Origin: Solirubrobacteraceae bacterium
GTDB lineage: Bacteria; Actinomycetota; Thermoleophilia; Solirubrobacterales; Solirubrobacteraceae
DNA length: 39,165 nucleotides
NCBI GenBank assembly: GCA_049517155.1
Contig: JBEKSK010000002.1
Span: forward strand, 1-39,165
Direction: 5' to 3'
Under the pieces are notes generated by a model. The model did no database searches, had not been told where the DNA came from, and worked only from the letters and a program-made list of their open reading frames with translations. How positions within the stretch are numbered: the first letter of the stretch is position 1; each line of letters begins with the position of its first letter. Below, piece after piece: positions 1 to 8,874 of the stretch. A program made the position numbers and the translations under genes.

Positions 1-29
1 TCGGGGCCGGCTTGCCCAGCCGGCCCCGA
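1..29. other. Perfect GC-rich hairpin (11-bp stem, 7-nt loop) at the window edge. Possibly the terminator of a gene outside the window.
   Basis: TCGGGGCCGGC-TTGCCCA-GCCGGCCCCGA. The arms are exact reverse complements. No U-tract follows. Confidence 0.3.
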
Positions 30-204
30 TCCCAGACTTCCGCGACACCCCTGGCGCCGTCCCGCCGACGTGATCGTGCCTGGTCCCGGGCGACCGGCGT
101 CCCACAACGATTAGGCCCAGACGCCGCCGAATGACGTCCGCCGGCCACCACGAGGATCGTCGACGGCCGTAAAGATCGCCATTGGATCCGTCGATACCTT
201 CGAG

Positions 205-2403
205 ATGCTGGGCCAGCTCAGCCTCGAGCTTCAGGCCGTCATCGCTGACACGCTGCAGGAGCCAGGCGCGCGGATGACGGTGCGCGAGCGACTTGTCGAG
301 GCACTCGTTGGCGGCGGGTTCATCGCCGCCGTGCTGGGCGTGTGGGCTCTAGCGCCGCCACACGGCTTCGGCATGACCGCTGCGATCGCGTGCTTCGTTG
401 TGCTCGTGGCTGCGCTGCGCGTCCGCGTGGACACCCCGTTTGGCTTTACGGTGCCGGCGCAGCTCGCCTACGTCCCGCTGCTGTTCGCGATGCCCGTCGC
501 GCTCGTTCCAATCGCCGTCGCCGCCGCCATGGCGCTCGCCCGTCTGCCCGAGATCATCACGGGTGAGACGCGAGCCAGCCGGCTCGGCCAAAGTTTTGGC
601 AATGCATGGTTCGCGATCGGACCCGCGTTCGTGTTCGCAATCGCGAGGGTCGCGCCGGCCAGGGCTTCGCCCGCGCTGCTGGTCGGAGCGCTCGCGGCCC
701 AGTTCGTCGTGGACTTCGGGGTGTCGGGCCTGCGTTTCGCGCTCGGCCGCGGCGCTACGCTCGCCGCCCAGCTCGGCGACAGCTGGGTCTACGTCGTCGA
801 CGCCGGGCTCTCGGGAATTGGTCTGCTGGTGGCCAACGAGCTTCACAGCGCCCCCCTCGCCCCCCTTGCGCTGCTCCCGTTGCTGGGGCTCGTGGCCATG
901 TTCGCGCGGGAGCGTCGCGAGCGTCTGGAGAGCCTGCTCGAGCTGAACGAGGCCTACCGCGTCGCCCGCGACGAGGCGATCGAGGCCTCGAAGATGAAAT
1001 CGGCCTTCCTCGCCAACGTGAGCCACGAGATCCGAACACCGATGAACGGTGTGATCGGCATGAACGACCTTCTGCTCGAGACCCCGCTGAACAATGAGCA
1101 GCGGACCTACGCCGAGCAGGTGAGCCGCTCAAGCGAGCACATGCTCGCGATCATCAACGACATCCTCGACATCTCCACGATCGAAACGGGCCGTCTCAAG
1201 CTGGACCACGTCGATTTCGACCTGCGCGACACCGTTGACCAGGCATGCGCGCCGGGTGCGCTGCAAGCGCGAAGCCAGGGAGTCGATCTGGCTATAGAAA
1301 TCGCCGCGGACGTGCCGCGCCGGGTGAGCGGCGACGGTTCGCGCCTGCGCCAGGTGCTGATGAACCTCGTCTCCAACGCCGCCAAGTTCACAACCGCCGG
1401 GTCCGTCACGGTCCGCCTTCGCAAGGTTGCCGGCCCGGGCACCGACGGAGTTCGCTTCGAGGTCGCCGACACCGGCATCGGAATCGACCCTCAGGCCCTG
1501 GAGCGCATGTTCGAGCCGTTCACTCAGGCCGACGTCTCCACCACCCGCGTGTACGGCGGCAACGGGCTTGGACTGGCCATCGCCAAGGAACTCGTCGAGC
1601 TCATGGGCGGCGCACTCGAGGCCGAGAGCGAGCCGGGTGCCGGCAGCCGCTTCTGGTTCGAACTGGCGCTGCCGCCGGCAGCGCCGAGCGACGGCGCAGT
1701 GGTGGCCGCCGCCGCGCGGCGGACGGCAGCGCCGCGACCGCCAATGAGCGGCCGGTCGACGATCGCCGCCAACCACCCGCCGGCTCGCGGCGCCCGCGCC
1801 GGCGAGGCGGCGGGCACACCGGTTTCGCAGCCGATCACCGTCGCGGCGGCTGAGGCGAGCGCGCCGGGTTCGCCAGGCAATGCAGACAGCCCCGCTGGCC
1901 GCGCCCCCGCGATCGTGCTCGTGGTCGAGGACAGCCCGGTCAACCGCATCGTCGCAGGACGCGTGCTCGAACGCTCAGGCTTCCGTACGCTGCTCGTCGA
2001 TGACGCGCTGCAGGCGCTCGAGGCGCTCGACGTTCGGCATTTCGACGCCATCCTGATGGATTGCCAGATGCCCGGAATGGACGGCTACGAGGCAACGCGC
2101 GAGTTGCGCCGACGCGAGAGTGCCGGCGGGCGCCATACGCCGGTGATCGCGATGACCGCGCATGCAATGACCGGAGACCGCGAGCGATGCCTGGACGCCG
2201 GCATGGACGACTACATCACCAAACCCGTGCGCTCCCGGGTGCTGGTCGAGGTGCTGCAACGCTGGATCGGAGAAGGACGAGCCGAGCCCGCCTCGAGCGA
2301 CGATGCCCTGCGCGTCGCGGGCGCACCTGGGGAGCACTCGCGCGACGATTGCGGCGACGAGACCGCCGAGGCCGATCCCCCCGCGGTGCGGGTCGCGGGC
2401 TGA
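205..2403 (+). CDS. Hybrid sensor histidine kinase/response regulator: polytopic N-terminal membrane domain, HisKA, HATPase_c, low-complexity linker, REC.
   Basis: H-box [22 protein letters not shown]-lid motifs [23 protein letters not shown] and GGNGLGLAI. Receiver domain [12 protein letters not shown]...[20 protein letters not shown]...TAHAM...DDYITKP. Several hydrophobic segments lie in the first 230 aa. Confidence 0.9.
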   Translation: MLGQLSLELQAVIADTLQEPGARMTVRERLVEALVGGGFIAAVLGVWALAPPHGFGMTAAIACFVVLVAALRVRVDTPFGFTVPAQLAYVPLLFAMPVALVPIAVAAAMALARLPEIITGETRASRLGQSFGNAWFAIGPAFVFAIARVAPARASPALLVGALAAQFVVDFGVSGLRFALGRGATLAAQLGDSWVYVVDAGLSGIGLLVANELHSAPLAPLALLPLLGLVAMFARERRERLESLLELNEAYRVARDEAIEASKMKSAFLANVSHEIRTPMNGVIGMNDLLLETPLNNEQRTYAEQVSRSSEHMLAIINDILDISTIETGRLKLDHVDFDLRDTVDQACAPGALQARSQGVDLAIEIAADVPRRVSGDGSRLRQVLMNLVSNAAKFTTAGSVTVRLRKVAGPGTDGVRFEVADTGIGIDPQALERMFEPFTQADVSTTRVYGGNGLGLAIAKELVELMGGALEAESEPGAGSRFWFELALPPAAPSDGAVVAAAARRTAAPRPPMSGRSTIAANHPPARGARAGEAAGTPVSQPITVAAAEASAPGSPGNADSPAGRAPAIVLVVEDSPVNRIVAGRVLERSGFRTLLVDDALQALEALDVRHFDAILMDCQMPGMDGYEATRELRRRESAGGRHTPVIAMTAHAMTGDRERCLDAGMDDYITKPVRSRVLVEVLQRWIGEGRAEPASSDDALRVAGAPGEHSRDDCGDETAEADPPAVRVAG

Positions 2404-2434
2404 GCTGCCCCACGCGTCGCCCGCCGGCGGCACA

Positions 2435-3900
2435 TCAGCGATCACCACGCTCTGCCGCGTCGGTTGCGCCCTCCGGCCGGGGCGTCGCCCGGTGCTGACC
2501 ATCACGCCCGCAGCCGCCGCCGCCTGGAGTCTCGATCAGCAGCCGCGAGCCGGCCGCCATCGTCCCGGTTGATTTAGCGCCGAGCGGCTCGCCGTCGAGC
2601 GTGTCGCGGCCGAGCGCCCCGTCCTCCCCTCCCTCCGCGCCTCGCGGACCATGACGCCGGCGCTCGGCGATCAGCGAGAACTGCATCGGCTCGAGCGCCT
2701 CGAGCTCGCGGACGATGCCGTCGCCCCCGCGAAAGCGCCCAGCCCCGCCGGAGCCGCGCCTGCGCTCGCTGCGCAGGACGCGAAGCGGGAATGCACGCTC
2801 GAGCGCCTCGACCGGCGTGTTGAGGGTGTTGCTCATCGCGACGTGTACGCAACTCGGCCCGTCCGCGTCGGGGCAGGCGCCTTGGCCGCCGCCGATCGTC
2901 TCGTAGTAGGAGAAGCCGGCGTTGCCAAGCGTCAGGTTGTTCATCGTTCCCTGCCCCAGCGCCCGGCCGAACGCGCCGAGCACGAGATCGGCGACACGTG
3001 AGGAGGTCTCGACGTTGCCGGCGGCAACCGCAGCCGGGCGACGCGCGTTCAACAGCGAGCCGGCGGGCGCTTGAATCTCGATCGGCCGGTAAGCGCCGGC
3101 ATTGGGCGGCGTCTCCGGATCGGTCAGTACGCGGATCGCGAAGTAGCAGGCGGAACGCGTCACCGCCAGCGGAGCGTTGAGGTTGCCCGGATGCTGTCCG
3201 GCGCTCTGTGCGAAGTCGAGCACGATGCGCGCGCCGCACACCGTCGCCCGCAAGCGCAACTCGAGATCGCCGCCTGGCGCCTCAATGACGTCGCGTGCCT
3301 CGCGGACCCCGTCGCCCAGCGCGGCGATCGCGCGCCGATCACGTTCGCCGCCAGCTGCGCGCGCAGGTCAGCCGCACGCTCGGCTGGCTGGCGCATCGGT
3401 GCGACGAGCCCTTCGATCTGCGCCTGCGCGAATGGTTGCGGCGGGATCAGGACGCCTTCCTCTGCCAGCGTGCGGCTATCCGCCGGCATCGAACCGGCCG
3501 TACTCCCCCCGACATCCGCGTGGTGCGCTCGCGTCGCGGCGAAGCCGATCAGCCGGCCGTCGAGGTGAGCGGCGCTGATGACCGTGATATCCGGAAGGTG
3601 CGTGCCACCGGCGAATGGATCGTTGAGGATCCACGAGCGCCCCGGCGGCTGGTCGTGTTCGAGCACGGTGGCGAGGGCGGCAGGCATCGCGCCGAGGTGA
3701 ACCGGGATGTGCTCGGCCTGCATGATCATCTCCCCGCGCGCGTTGAACAGGGCGCTCGAGGCATCGTGGCGCTCCTTGATGTTCGGCGAGTGCGCAGCCC
3801 GGATCAGCAGCGCACCCATCTCCTCGCACGCGGCATGCAGCGCACCCATGGTTACCGGCAGGCCGATCGGGTCGTCGCCCGTCAGCGCTGCGGTTTTCAT
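2435..3900 (-). pseudogene. hyuB: Hydantoinase B/oxoprolinase family gene (hyuB-like), split over two reading frames with an apparent internal deletion.
   Basis: The N-terminal half lies in the frame of ORF 3160..3948 (NIKERHDASSALF, IPVHLGAM, LNDPFAGGTHLPDIT, RAHHADVGG, DLRAQLAAN). The C-terminal half lies in the frame of ORF 2435..3259 ([80 protein letters not shown]). The frame switches near 3328..3346. The start ATG at 3900..3898 overlaps the hyuA stop (ATGA). Confidence 0.75.
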
Positions 3901-5849
3901 GTGCGGGTCAGTTCGATTGTCGCGTCGGCCAGGACCAGCCCAGTCCACCCCGGCGTAACTAGCAGCGTCGAGTCGGTCAGCGCGCAGATCGCTGGGGCCG
4001 GGATGCGCTCGCCGGGCGCCGGATCGCCCGCGATCAGCGCGGCTTCCAGCTCCTGCCCGCCAAGGCGCATGCGGGTGCGCGCCCGCTTAGCTTGCGAGCT
4101 GGCGGCGCGGGGCGCAAATGACGGCGCCTCGCCCCAAACCGAAACCGTCACCGTGACGAGTTCGATCTCGCTGCCTGTTTCGCGGTACCCGTACGCCCGC
4201 TCGTGTGCTTCCTCGAAGCGCGCGCGAAGCAGGCGTGCGTCGGCGTCCGGCGGGGCGTCGACGGCCAGCTCGAACGACTGGCCACGGTAGCGCAGCGAGT
4301 AGCGCACGCGCTCAGCGAAGGGCTCGCTGCCGAGCTCGGCCCGCGCGCGGGCCCGCAGCGGCCCGACCGCCGCGGCGTCGAACGCGGCGGTCGCATCGCG
4401 GCGCGGCGCCGCCGCCGCGAGCCCGAGCGCCGAGAGCACACCGCTGGCCCGCGGGCAGAGGATCCGGCGGATGCCCAATTCCTCCGCGATCGCCGTCGCA
4501 TGCAACGGACCCGCCCCGCCGAACGCCATCAGCGCGTAGTCACGCGGGTCGATGCCCCGAGCGACCGTCACTGCGCGCATCGCCCGGAGCATCTCGGCAT
4601 TCGCAACCTCGACGATGCCTTCGGCGGCGCGCAGCGGCTCCACGTCCAACACCTGCGCGAGGCGCCGGACGGCGGCCAGCGCCAGCCCGTGATCGAGGCG
4701 CACGCCGCCCGCGAGCACTCCGTCGCGCGGCAGGTGTCCAAGCACGAGATGCGCGTCGGTGACGGTCGGCTCGGTTCCGCCGCGCCCGTAGCCCGCGGGC
4801 CCGGGTACTGCGCCGGCGGAGCGCGGGCCGACGCGCAGGACGCCGCCCGGGTCACACCAGCCGATCGAGCCGCCGCCGGCGCCGACCGTCTCGATGTCCA
4901 GGCTGGGCAGCGCGAGCGGCCGGCCCGCGATCGTGCGAAGGTAGGTCTCACGAACCTCCCCCCCGTCGATCGCGCAGACGTCGGTCGAAGTGCCGCCCAT
5001 GTCAAAGCAGAGAACGTCGCGCGCGCCCGCCGCCGCAGCGACCAGGCGGGCTCCCCGGGCGCCTGCGGCCGGGCCGGAGAGAACCGTCAGCGCCCCGTGT
5101 GCGCCGGCCCGCGCCGCGCTTGTGAGACCGCCCGACGACTGCATCACCGCGACGGGCGGGAGCCCAACCTCAGTACAGCGATCGGCGAGTGCGGCGAGGT
5201 GCCGGCGCAGCAGCGGAGAGAGCGCCGCGTCGATCTCTGTCGTCGCACCGCGCTCGTATTCGCGCGGTGTGGCGCTGACCTCGTGCGAGAGCGAGATGTG
5301 GACGCCGGGCATCCGGCGGCGCAGCGCCTCCCCCACCTCGAGCTCGTGCGCCGGGTGCGCGGAGGCGTGCAGCAGAACGACGGCGATCGCCTCGACCCCA
5401 GCCGCGGCGAGCGCCGACGCCAGCTCCTGAAGCCCTGCCGGTGCGCGCAGCGGACCGTGTGGACCGGTCCGCTCCTGGACCGCGAAGCGCAAATGCGCCG
5501 GCGCGAGCGCCGGCGGATGTGCGGCGCAGAGCCGGTAGAGGTCGGCGCGCGCCTGGCGGCCCAGCTCGATCAGGTCGGTGAATCCTTCGGTGGCGACCAG
5601 CGCCGTGCGCGCCGCGCGCCCCTCCAGCAGCGCGTTGGTCGTCACCGTCGTGCCGTGCGCGAATGCGGAGACCTCGGCCGCCGTGGCGCCCGCGGCGGCC
5701 AACGCCATCTCGACCGCCCGGATCACGCCGACCGCCTCATCGGCCGGAGTGGTGAGCGTCTTCGCCGTGTGGAGCTCCCCGGCCGGCGAGACCACGACCG
5801 CATCCGTGAAAGTCCCGCCCACGTCGACGCCGAGCAGCATCGCACGCAC
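3897..5849 (-). CDS. hyuA: Hydantoinase A/oxoprolinase family protein.
   Basis: N-terminus LLGVDVGGTFTDAVV, later FDMGGTSTDV and GAGGGSI, as expected for hydantoinase_A/oxoprolinase. 650 aa. The stop overlaps the hyuB start. Confidence 0.85.
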   Translation of the reverse strand: MRAMLLGVDVGGTFTDAVVVSPAGELHTAKTLTTPADEAVGVIRAVEMALAAAGATAAEVSAFAHGTTVTTNALLEGRAARTALVATEGFTDLIELGRQARADLYRLCAAHPPALAPAHLRFAVQERTGPHGPLRAPAGLQELASALAAAGVEAIAVVLLHASAHPAHELEVGEALRRRMPGVHISLSHEVSATPREYERGATTEIDAALSPLLRRHLAALADRCTEVGLPPVAVMQSSGGLTSAARAGAHGALTVLSGPAAGARGARLVAAAAGARDVLCFDMGGTSTDVCAIDGGEVRETYLRTIAGRPLALPSLDIETVGAGGGSIGWCDPGGVLRVGPRSAGAVPGPAGYGRGGTEPTVTDAHLVLGHLPRDGVLAGGVRLDHGLALAAVRRLAQVLDVEPLRAAEGIVEVANAEMLRAMRAVTVARGIDPRDYALMAFGGAGPLHATAIAEELGIRRILCPRASGVLSALGLAAAAPRRDATAAFDAAAVGPLRARARAELGSEPFAERVRYSLRYRGQSFELAVDAPPDADARLLRARFEEAHERAYGYRETGSEIELVTVTVSVWGEAPSFAPRAASSQAKRARTRMRLGGQELEAALIAGDPAPGERIPAPAICALTDSTLLVTPGWTGLVLADATIELTRT

Positions 5850-5903
5850 GTTATCGATGCTCGCGCGAGCGTCGCCTCGGCGCGCTGCGCGCGCGAGCCG
5901 CGA

Positions 5904-6760
5904 CTACGCGCGCAGCGTGGCGGTTGCGCCCACGCTCGGCAGCGAGGCCGCGAACAGCGCCTGGGCGCGGCGCGTGATCGGACCCGGCGCGGCGAGCCGG
6001 CGGCCGTCGACGGTCGCGACCGGGACAACCTCGGCGCCGGTCCCTGTGAGAAACGCCTCTGCCGCCGTCCATGCGTCGGCGCTCACGAGCGTGCGCTCCG
6101 CCACCGCGATCCCGTCGCCGCGCAGCAACTCGATCACGTGCTCTCGCGTGATGCCCTCCAGCGCGCCGGCTGACACCGGCGGCGTGCTGACCACTCCCCT
6201 GCCCACGAGAAACACATTGTCGGCCGTGCATTCGGCGATCTCGCCGGCGCCATTGAGCAGCAGTGCCTCGTGCGCCCCGCGCGCGCGGGCCTCCGCAGCC
6301 GCGAGCACCGAGGTGAGGTAGTTCAGGGACTTGATCTGCGGCGGCACGCTGTCGGGAGCGGCGCGGCGCAGACTCGAGGTGATCACGTCCACGCCGCGCT
6401 CATACAGCTCGGGCGGATAGAGCTGGAGCGAGGCTGCGATCAGGATCGTTGTCGGGCGCTCGCAGGTGTGTGCCGAGACTCCGAGCATGCCGCGGCCGCG
6501 CGTGACGATCAGGCGCAGGTAGCCGTCGGGCTCGCCGAACCGGGCGATCGCGTCCGAGCACAGCTCGCTGAGCTCTCGGTCGCCGTGGGGAACATCAGCC
6601 GGCGCAGGTGCGACGCCAGCAGGAACGGCGTCGAGGCGTAGAAGCGGATGCCCTCGAACACGCCATCGCCGTAAAGCAAACCGTGGTCGAGCACCGAGAC
6701 GCTCGCGTTCGCGGCGTCGTCGTGCCAGACACCGTCGACCCACGCTATCGGCTGGCCCAT
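5904..6760 (-). pseudogene. Class IV (branched-chain/D-amino-acid) aminotransferase gene with a frame disruption near 6590..6600.
   Basis: The N-terminal 50-odd aa ([21 protein letters not shown]...LLASHLRRL) are in the frame of ORF 6509..6760. The remainder ([59 protein letters not shown]) is in the frame of ORF 5904..6743. Confidence 0.75.
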
Positions 6761-6766
6761 CGCGCG

Positions 6767-6790
6767 AACTTACTGTTCACACAGTTAGTT
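6767..6790. promoter_or_regulatory. Candidate TetR operator: 10-bp inverted repeat with 4-bp spacer in the divergent intergenic region.
   Basis: AACTTACTGT-TCAC-ACAGTTAGTT, 9 of 10 arm positions complementary. It is an AT-rich patch in a GC-rich background, lying between the aminotransferase start (6760) and the TetR start (6821). Confidence 0.55.
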
Positions 6791-6820
6791 GTCAAGGCGA
6801 GACGCTAGGCTTGGGTCACT

Positions 6821-7492
6821 GTGCCTGCATCCGCGCTCCACACCCGGGGAATCCGCCACCGCGACGCCACCGCCTCGCGACAGGCGATCCTCGACGCCGC
6901 AGAGCATCTGTTCGCGCAGCGTGGATACGAGCGCACGAGCCTGAGCGAAATCGGCCGGCGCGCCGGCGTGTCGGCCGCGCTGCCGGCGTATTTCTTCGGC
7001 GGCAAGCAGGCGCTCTACGAGGCGGTGCTGGAGCGTCTGCTGCTGGAGCGCGAACGGCGCCTCGAGCCGCTCGCCACGCGGGCCGCGGAGGAGCTCGAGC
7101 GAAGCGGCCGTCTGCGGCCCGCGCTTGAGCTGCTGATCGACGGCTACATCGACTTCCTACGCGAGCGCACGGCGCTCGTGCGCCTGATGGGCCGCGAGGC
7201 GCTCGCAGCCGGCCGCCACCTCGCTCCCGGACCGCGTCATTCCGTCGCCGTGGCAAGCGGCCTCGCGCGCTTCATTCGCTCGCTGCCGCCGCCGCCCGGT
7301 CCCTGCGTCGACCCCGAGCAGTTGCTGATCTCGGTCGTGGCGCTGTGCTTCTTCCCGATCGAGCACAACGACACAATGCTCGCCGCGATGGGACTGGACG
7401 CCACCGGCGAGCAGTTCGCGGCAGCCCGCAAGCGCCACGTCGTCGACGTGCTCGAGCGCGTCCTGAGCGGCGGCACCGCCGAGCCGCGGTAA
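6821..7492 (+). CDS. TetR/AcrR family transcriptional regulator.
   Basis: N-terminal HTH signature ASRQAILDAAEHLFAQRGYERTSLSEIGRRAGVSAALPAYFFGGKQALYEAVL. GTG start. Divergent from the aminotransferase-hyuAB operon. Confidence 0.9.
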   Translation: MPASALHTRGIRHRDATASRQAILDAAEHLFAQRGYERTSLSEIGRRAGVSAALPAYFFGGKQALYEAVLERLLLERERRLEPLATRAAEELERSGRLRPALELLIDGYIDFLRERTALVRLMGREALAAGRHLAPGPRHSVAVASGLARFIRSLPPPPGPCVDPEQLLISVVALCFFPIEHNDTMLAAMGLDATGEQFAAARKRHVVDVLERVLSGGTAEPR

Positions 7493-7707
7493 CGCTAGCG
7501 GCGCCGCGCGCGCCAGCGCGCGATCATCCGCCACAGACGCCGTAGGAGCCGAGTCCAGTCACCCATCTGTCTCGAGTCTCGCATACGCGCAGGGCAGCTC
7601 GGCATCGACCCCCCACGCGAGGGCGGTCCAGCTCCACGCGACCACCGCGGTACAGCCGCCGGCCCGGAGCCTGCGCCCGCAAAGCAGCGAACCCAACAAG
7701 CCCCGGC

Positions 7708-8871
7708 TCAGGTCCCGATCGCGAGACCCAGCAGGAAGGTCACACCGCCGACGATGGCACCCGCAGCAGTCATTTCGATGCCCGCAGACCAGGCCGTGCG
7801 CAGCGTGAAAAGCGACTTCGCGGCGCCGACCGCGAAGTGCGCGACGAGCGAGACCGACGCGGCCACGATCACGCCGGCCGTACCGTGCAGAAAGAAGAAC
7901 GGGATCACCGGCACCATCGCGCCCACGGCCGTCGAGAGTCCGCCGGCGAGCGCAGCCTGCACCGCGTCTCCGCGCTCGGCGTCCGCGCTGCCGAACTCCT
8001 CGATCGCGACCGCCCTGAACAGCTGCTCGGGGTCCTCGGCGATACGCGCGACCACCATGTCCGCCTCGGCGACCGTGAGGCCCTTGAGCTGGTAGAAGAG
8101 GGAAAGCTCCTCCTTCTCCTCCTCAGGGTGAGTGCGCACCTCCTCGCGCTCGCGGGCGAGATTGGCCGCTGCAACCTCCGCCACCGAGCGTTCCGCGAGG
8201 TAAGCACCCGTCGCCATCGAGAGCGCCGAGCCGATCGCACCGAACAGCCCCGCCGTCAGCACGAGGTGCGACCCTCCGGTGGCCCCGGAGAAGCCGGCGA
8301 CAAGGCCGAAGACCGCAGCCAGCCCGTCGTTGGCGCCGTAGATGACGCCCGAGATCCAGCCGCCAGAGGCGCGGTGCCAGCGCTCGCGCCCGAGGATCCG
8401 CGTCAGGCGGACCTGAGGGCCGTCGCTGCCGGCCCCGGCGCGATCGCTCACCGGCAGCGCACCTGAGCGCAGCTGCCCGAGCGCGACCGTGTGCTGCTCC
8501 TCCTCGTCGCGGATCTGCTCGAGCAGCCGGTCGGTGTCGGGATCGCCCGTGGGTCGCTCCTCGATCTCGCTGGCGATATCCGCCTCCATTGCCTCCTGGC
8601 GGGCGAGCAGGCGGTCGACCGGCGCCACGCGCGCCTGCAGGCGCCGCCAGGCGGAGAGCCTGACGGTGGCCTCGTCGGGGATCTGTATCCCGAGTTCCGT
8701 CATCCGCCGCTCGAGCCGGTCGCGGTGGGAGCGCTCAACCTCGGCGAGACGATTCAGCACGGCGGCGCGGCGAGGATCCGCCTCGCGCGCCGCGATCAGC
8801 CCATAGACAATCGTCGCCTGGACCTCGTCGGTCCAGGCGTCGATCAGGCGCCCGCTGACATCTGTCGCCAC
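7708..8871 (-). CDS. Erythrin (ferritin-like) domain fused to a VIT1/CCC1 iron/manganese transporter (MbfA-like).
   Basis: N-terminal four-helix ferritin-like region (EVQATIVYGLIAA...EVERSHRDRLE...DEEEQH). C-terminal VIT1 motifs VIYGANDGLAAVFGLVAG and TM segments. Confidence 0.75.
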   Translation of the reverse strand: MATDVSGRLIDAWTDEVQATIVYGLIAAREADPRRAAVLNRLAEVERSHRDRLERRMTELGIQIPDEATVRLSAWRRLQARVAPVDRLLARQEAMEADIASEIEERPTGDPDTDRLLEQIRDEEEQHTVALGQLRSGALPVSDRAGAGSDGPQVRLTRILGRERWHRASGGWISGVIYGANDGLAAVFGLVAGFSGATGGSHLVLTAGLFGAIGSALSMATGAYLAERSVAEVAAANLAREREEVRTHPEEEKEELSLFYQLKGLTVAEADMVVARIAEDPEQLFRAVAIEEFGSADAERGDAVQAALAGGLSTAVGAMVPVIPFFFLHGTAGVIVAASVSLVAHFAVGAAKSLFTLRTAWSAGIEMTAAGAIVGGVTFLLGLAIGT

Positions 8872-8874
8872 CGC

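Noticed and set aside
2404-2434. Possible terminator between the convergent histidine kinase and hyuB genes (CCGCCGGCGG palindrome).
   Set aside because: The 10-bp palindrome has no loop, so it cannot form a stable hairpin. The 31-nt spacer offers no other stem.
4203-6173. Very long ORFs antisense to or overlapping confident genes: 4203..6173 (+), 8491..9909 (+), 9967..11058 (+), 16482..17471 (+), 18199..19338 (+), 21010..22476 (+), 34362..35963 (+), 37217..38239 (-), and many shorter ones.
   Set aside because: Their translations are dominated by Arg, Pro, Ala and Gly with no recognisable motifs. They lie opposite genes with clear family signatures. Stop codons are rare in off-frames at about 70% GC, so long open frames are expected by chance.
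7495-7566. 23-codon Arg/Trp-rich minus-strand mini-ORF (MGDWTRLLRRLWRMIARWRARRR) in the convergent spacer between the TetR and VIT1 genes.
   Set aside because: It has no RBS, and it lies between two converging 3' ends where no promoter is expected. Its composition is what GC-rich non-coding DNA yields by chance.
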